Assembly (NCBI GenBank): GCA_965205865.1 | Contig: CBDBHR010000030.1 | Span: 1-64,000 of the forward strand | Length of the DNA stretch: 64,000 nt | Reading direction: 5' to 3' | Origin: a bacterium | Lineage (GTDB): Bacteria > SAR324 > NAC60-12 | Part shown: in pieces, positions 62,923 through 64,000 of the stretch | Numbering within the stretch: position 1 is the stretch's first letter | Layout of the letters: each line of letters begins with the position of its first letter | Made by a program: the position numbers and the translations under genes | Notes under the pieces: model-generated | What the model was told of the DNA's origin: nothing | The model's database searches: none | The model's input: only the letters and a program-made list of their open reading frames with translations

Positions 62923-63954
62923 TCAGACCTCCTCCACGACGATACAGCCACAGTGAATTCTTCTTTGTCCCGCGCTATGACTTTGAGCAGTCGTGGGTTG
63001 ATACTCCGCTATTGTAAATAGCATCCATATTTTAGAGAATTGAAGGTATTTTTCGATAGGAATACATTCAGATTGAGGTAATTCTTTGGGGCCATAGGAT
63101 TTATGTAGCTCGTCCACTTTAAGTATTGAGCGCGTAAGGTGCCCTACTAGTTGTACAAAGAACACATGGAAAATGTTTTCCGGTTTCTGATCGGCAATCT
63201 TCAATTGGATGGGCTCATGCCGGTCCCACATGAATGTGGCATCACCAGAACTGCCATCCGCCGGCGAATACCATGCTGCACCATGTCCAAGCACGTAAAG
63301 ATTCTTTACCATCTCATCACGGTTAAGGCATGCGTTTATCTGACCAAATCGGCGAGCAACATCCCGAAATTCAATGCCGTCTTCCAGTTTTGTCGCAAGC
63401 ACAGTAGTCCAGAGTGGATTCAATATATAACCCTCCTTATCAAAATCCCGAATATGTTGATTCTCGGTGAGATACCCGTAACTCCGTTCAGGGCGGAACA
63501 GACGCGAAACTGTGACGAGCTTTCTCATGGCTTCGTCGAGCTCTTCAAACCCGAGTGTTCGCTTCACTTCGACTACCGAATAAATGCCTTCTATGGGAAA
63601 GTGCACGCGACGTGATCCGGAAGTCGCTCCGAGCTTGACCACAGACGCCCAAATTCGGTTCGTGATCAAAACTTCGCAGTCGCCTGCCGTTTTCCCGTCC
63701 TTGTCGTTCACGACCCCAGCATCCACGGAGTATCGTTCCGGGAGCAATTTCGAGAGCTCTTGACGTACTATGTCCTCAAGTCCAGGGCCTGCATCGTAAT
63801 TGTTTATGCTGAATCTCTCTTCGATATTGACCTCGTTTATGATGCGACTTTGAACTGCCTGGCACGTCATCTCTAGTCCGGCACTGAGGGTTTTGCTTTT
63901 CTCGGATTGTGGCTGCCATTCACCGACATCAGGCAGTTTATCTTTCCAATTCAT
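62923..63954 (-). CDS. DUF6602-like PD-(D/E)XK nuclease-domain protein
   Basis: G..LEDIVR..LLPERY..G.V.D..DCEVLI..FPIEGIYSVVEVK; RBS AGAGGA. Confidence 0.65.
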   Translation of the reverse strand: MNWKDKLPDVGEWQPQSEKSKTLSAGLEMTCQAVQSRIINEVNIEERFSINNYDAGPGLEDIVRQELSKLLPERYSVDAGVVNDKDGKTAGDCEVLITNRIWASVVKLGATSGSRRVHFPIEGIYSVVEVKRTLGFEELDEAMRKLVTVSRLFRPERSYGYLTENQHIRDFDKEGYILNPLWTTVLATKLEDGIEFRDVARRFGQINACLNRDEMVKNLYVLGHGAAWYSPADGSSGDATFMWDRHEPIQLKIADQKPENIFHVFFVQLVGHLTRSILKVDELHKSYGPKELPQSECIPIEKYLQFSKIWMLFTIAEYQPTTAQSHSAGQRRIHCGCIVVEEV

Positions 63955-64000
63955 GTGATTCCTCTTGAAGTGGCGACCGACGAGGGACGATCCCTGAAAG

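Overview
Bacterial genomic window with three zones. (1) 1-20.4 kb is an eroded accessory region. It holds IS-interrupted and frameshifted ABC permease, dioxygenase and GMC genes, a mazEF-like TA pair, IS5/ISNCY-like, IS1380 and IS110 elements or remnants, and a small defence-like island: an uncharacterised three-gene operon ending in a ComEC/MBL-fold hydrolase, a signal-peptide ATP-dependent DNA ligase and a type II R-M pair. (2) 20.4-38.8 kb is intact core: liv ABC transporter, cupin protein, murJ, tricorn protease, mrp/apbC, fmt, miaB, TPR protein, pheA, rpmB. (3) 39-64 kb is a repeat-riddled hypervariable region around a Slam-like exporter and TbpB-like surface lipoprotein. Three displaced copies of the slam 3' end alternate there with unrelated gene cassettes, and many junctions fall on GGGG(A/T)CA-type palindromic repeats. 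An ORF-less group II intron remnant sits precisely inside one such repeat. Five tandem sigma70-like promoter repeats precede the lipoprotein, followed by a 1.7 kb mosaic REP-like array. No CRISPR array, tRNA or rRNA was seen. All family calls come from motif recognition by eye; no searches were run.
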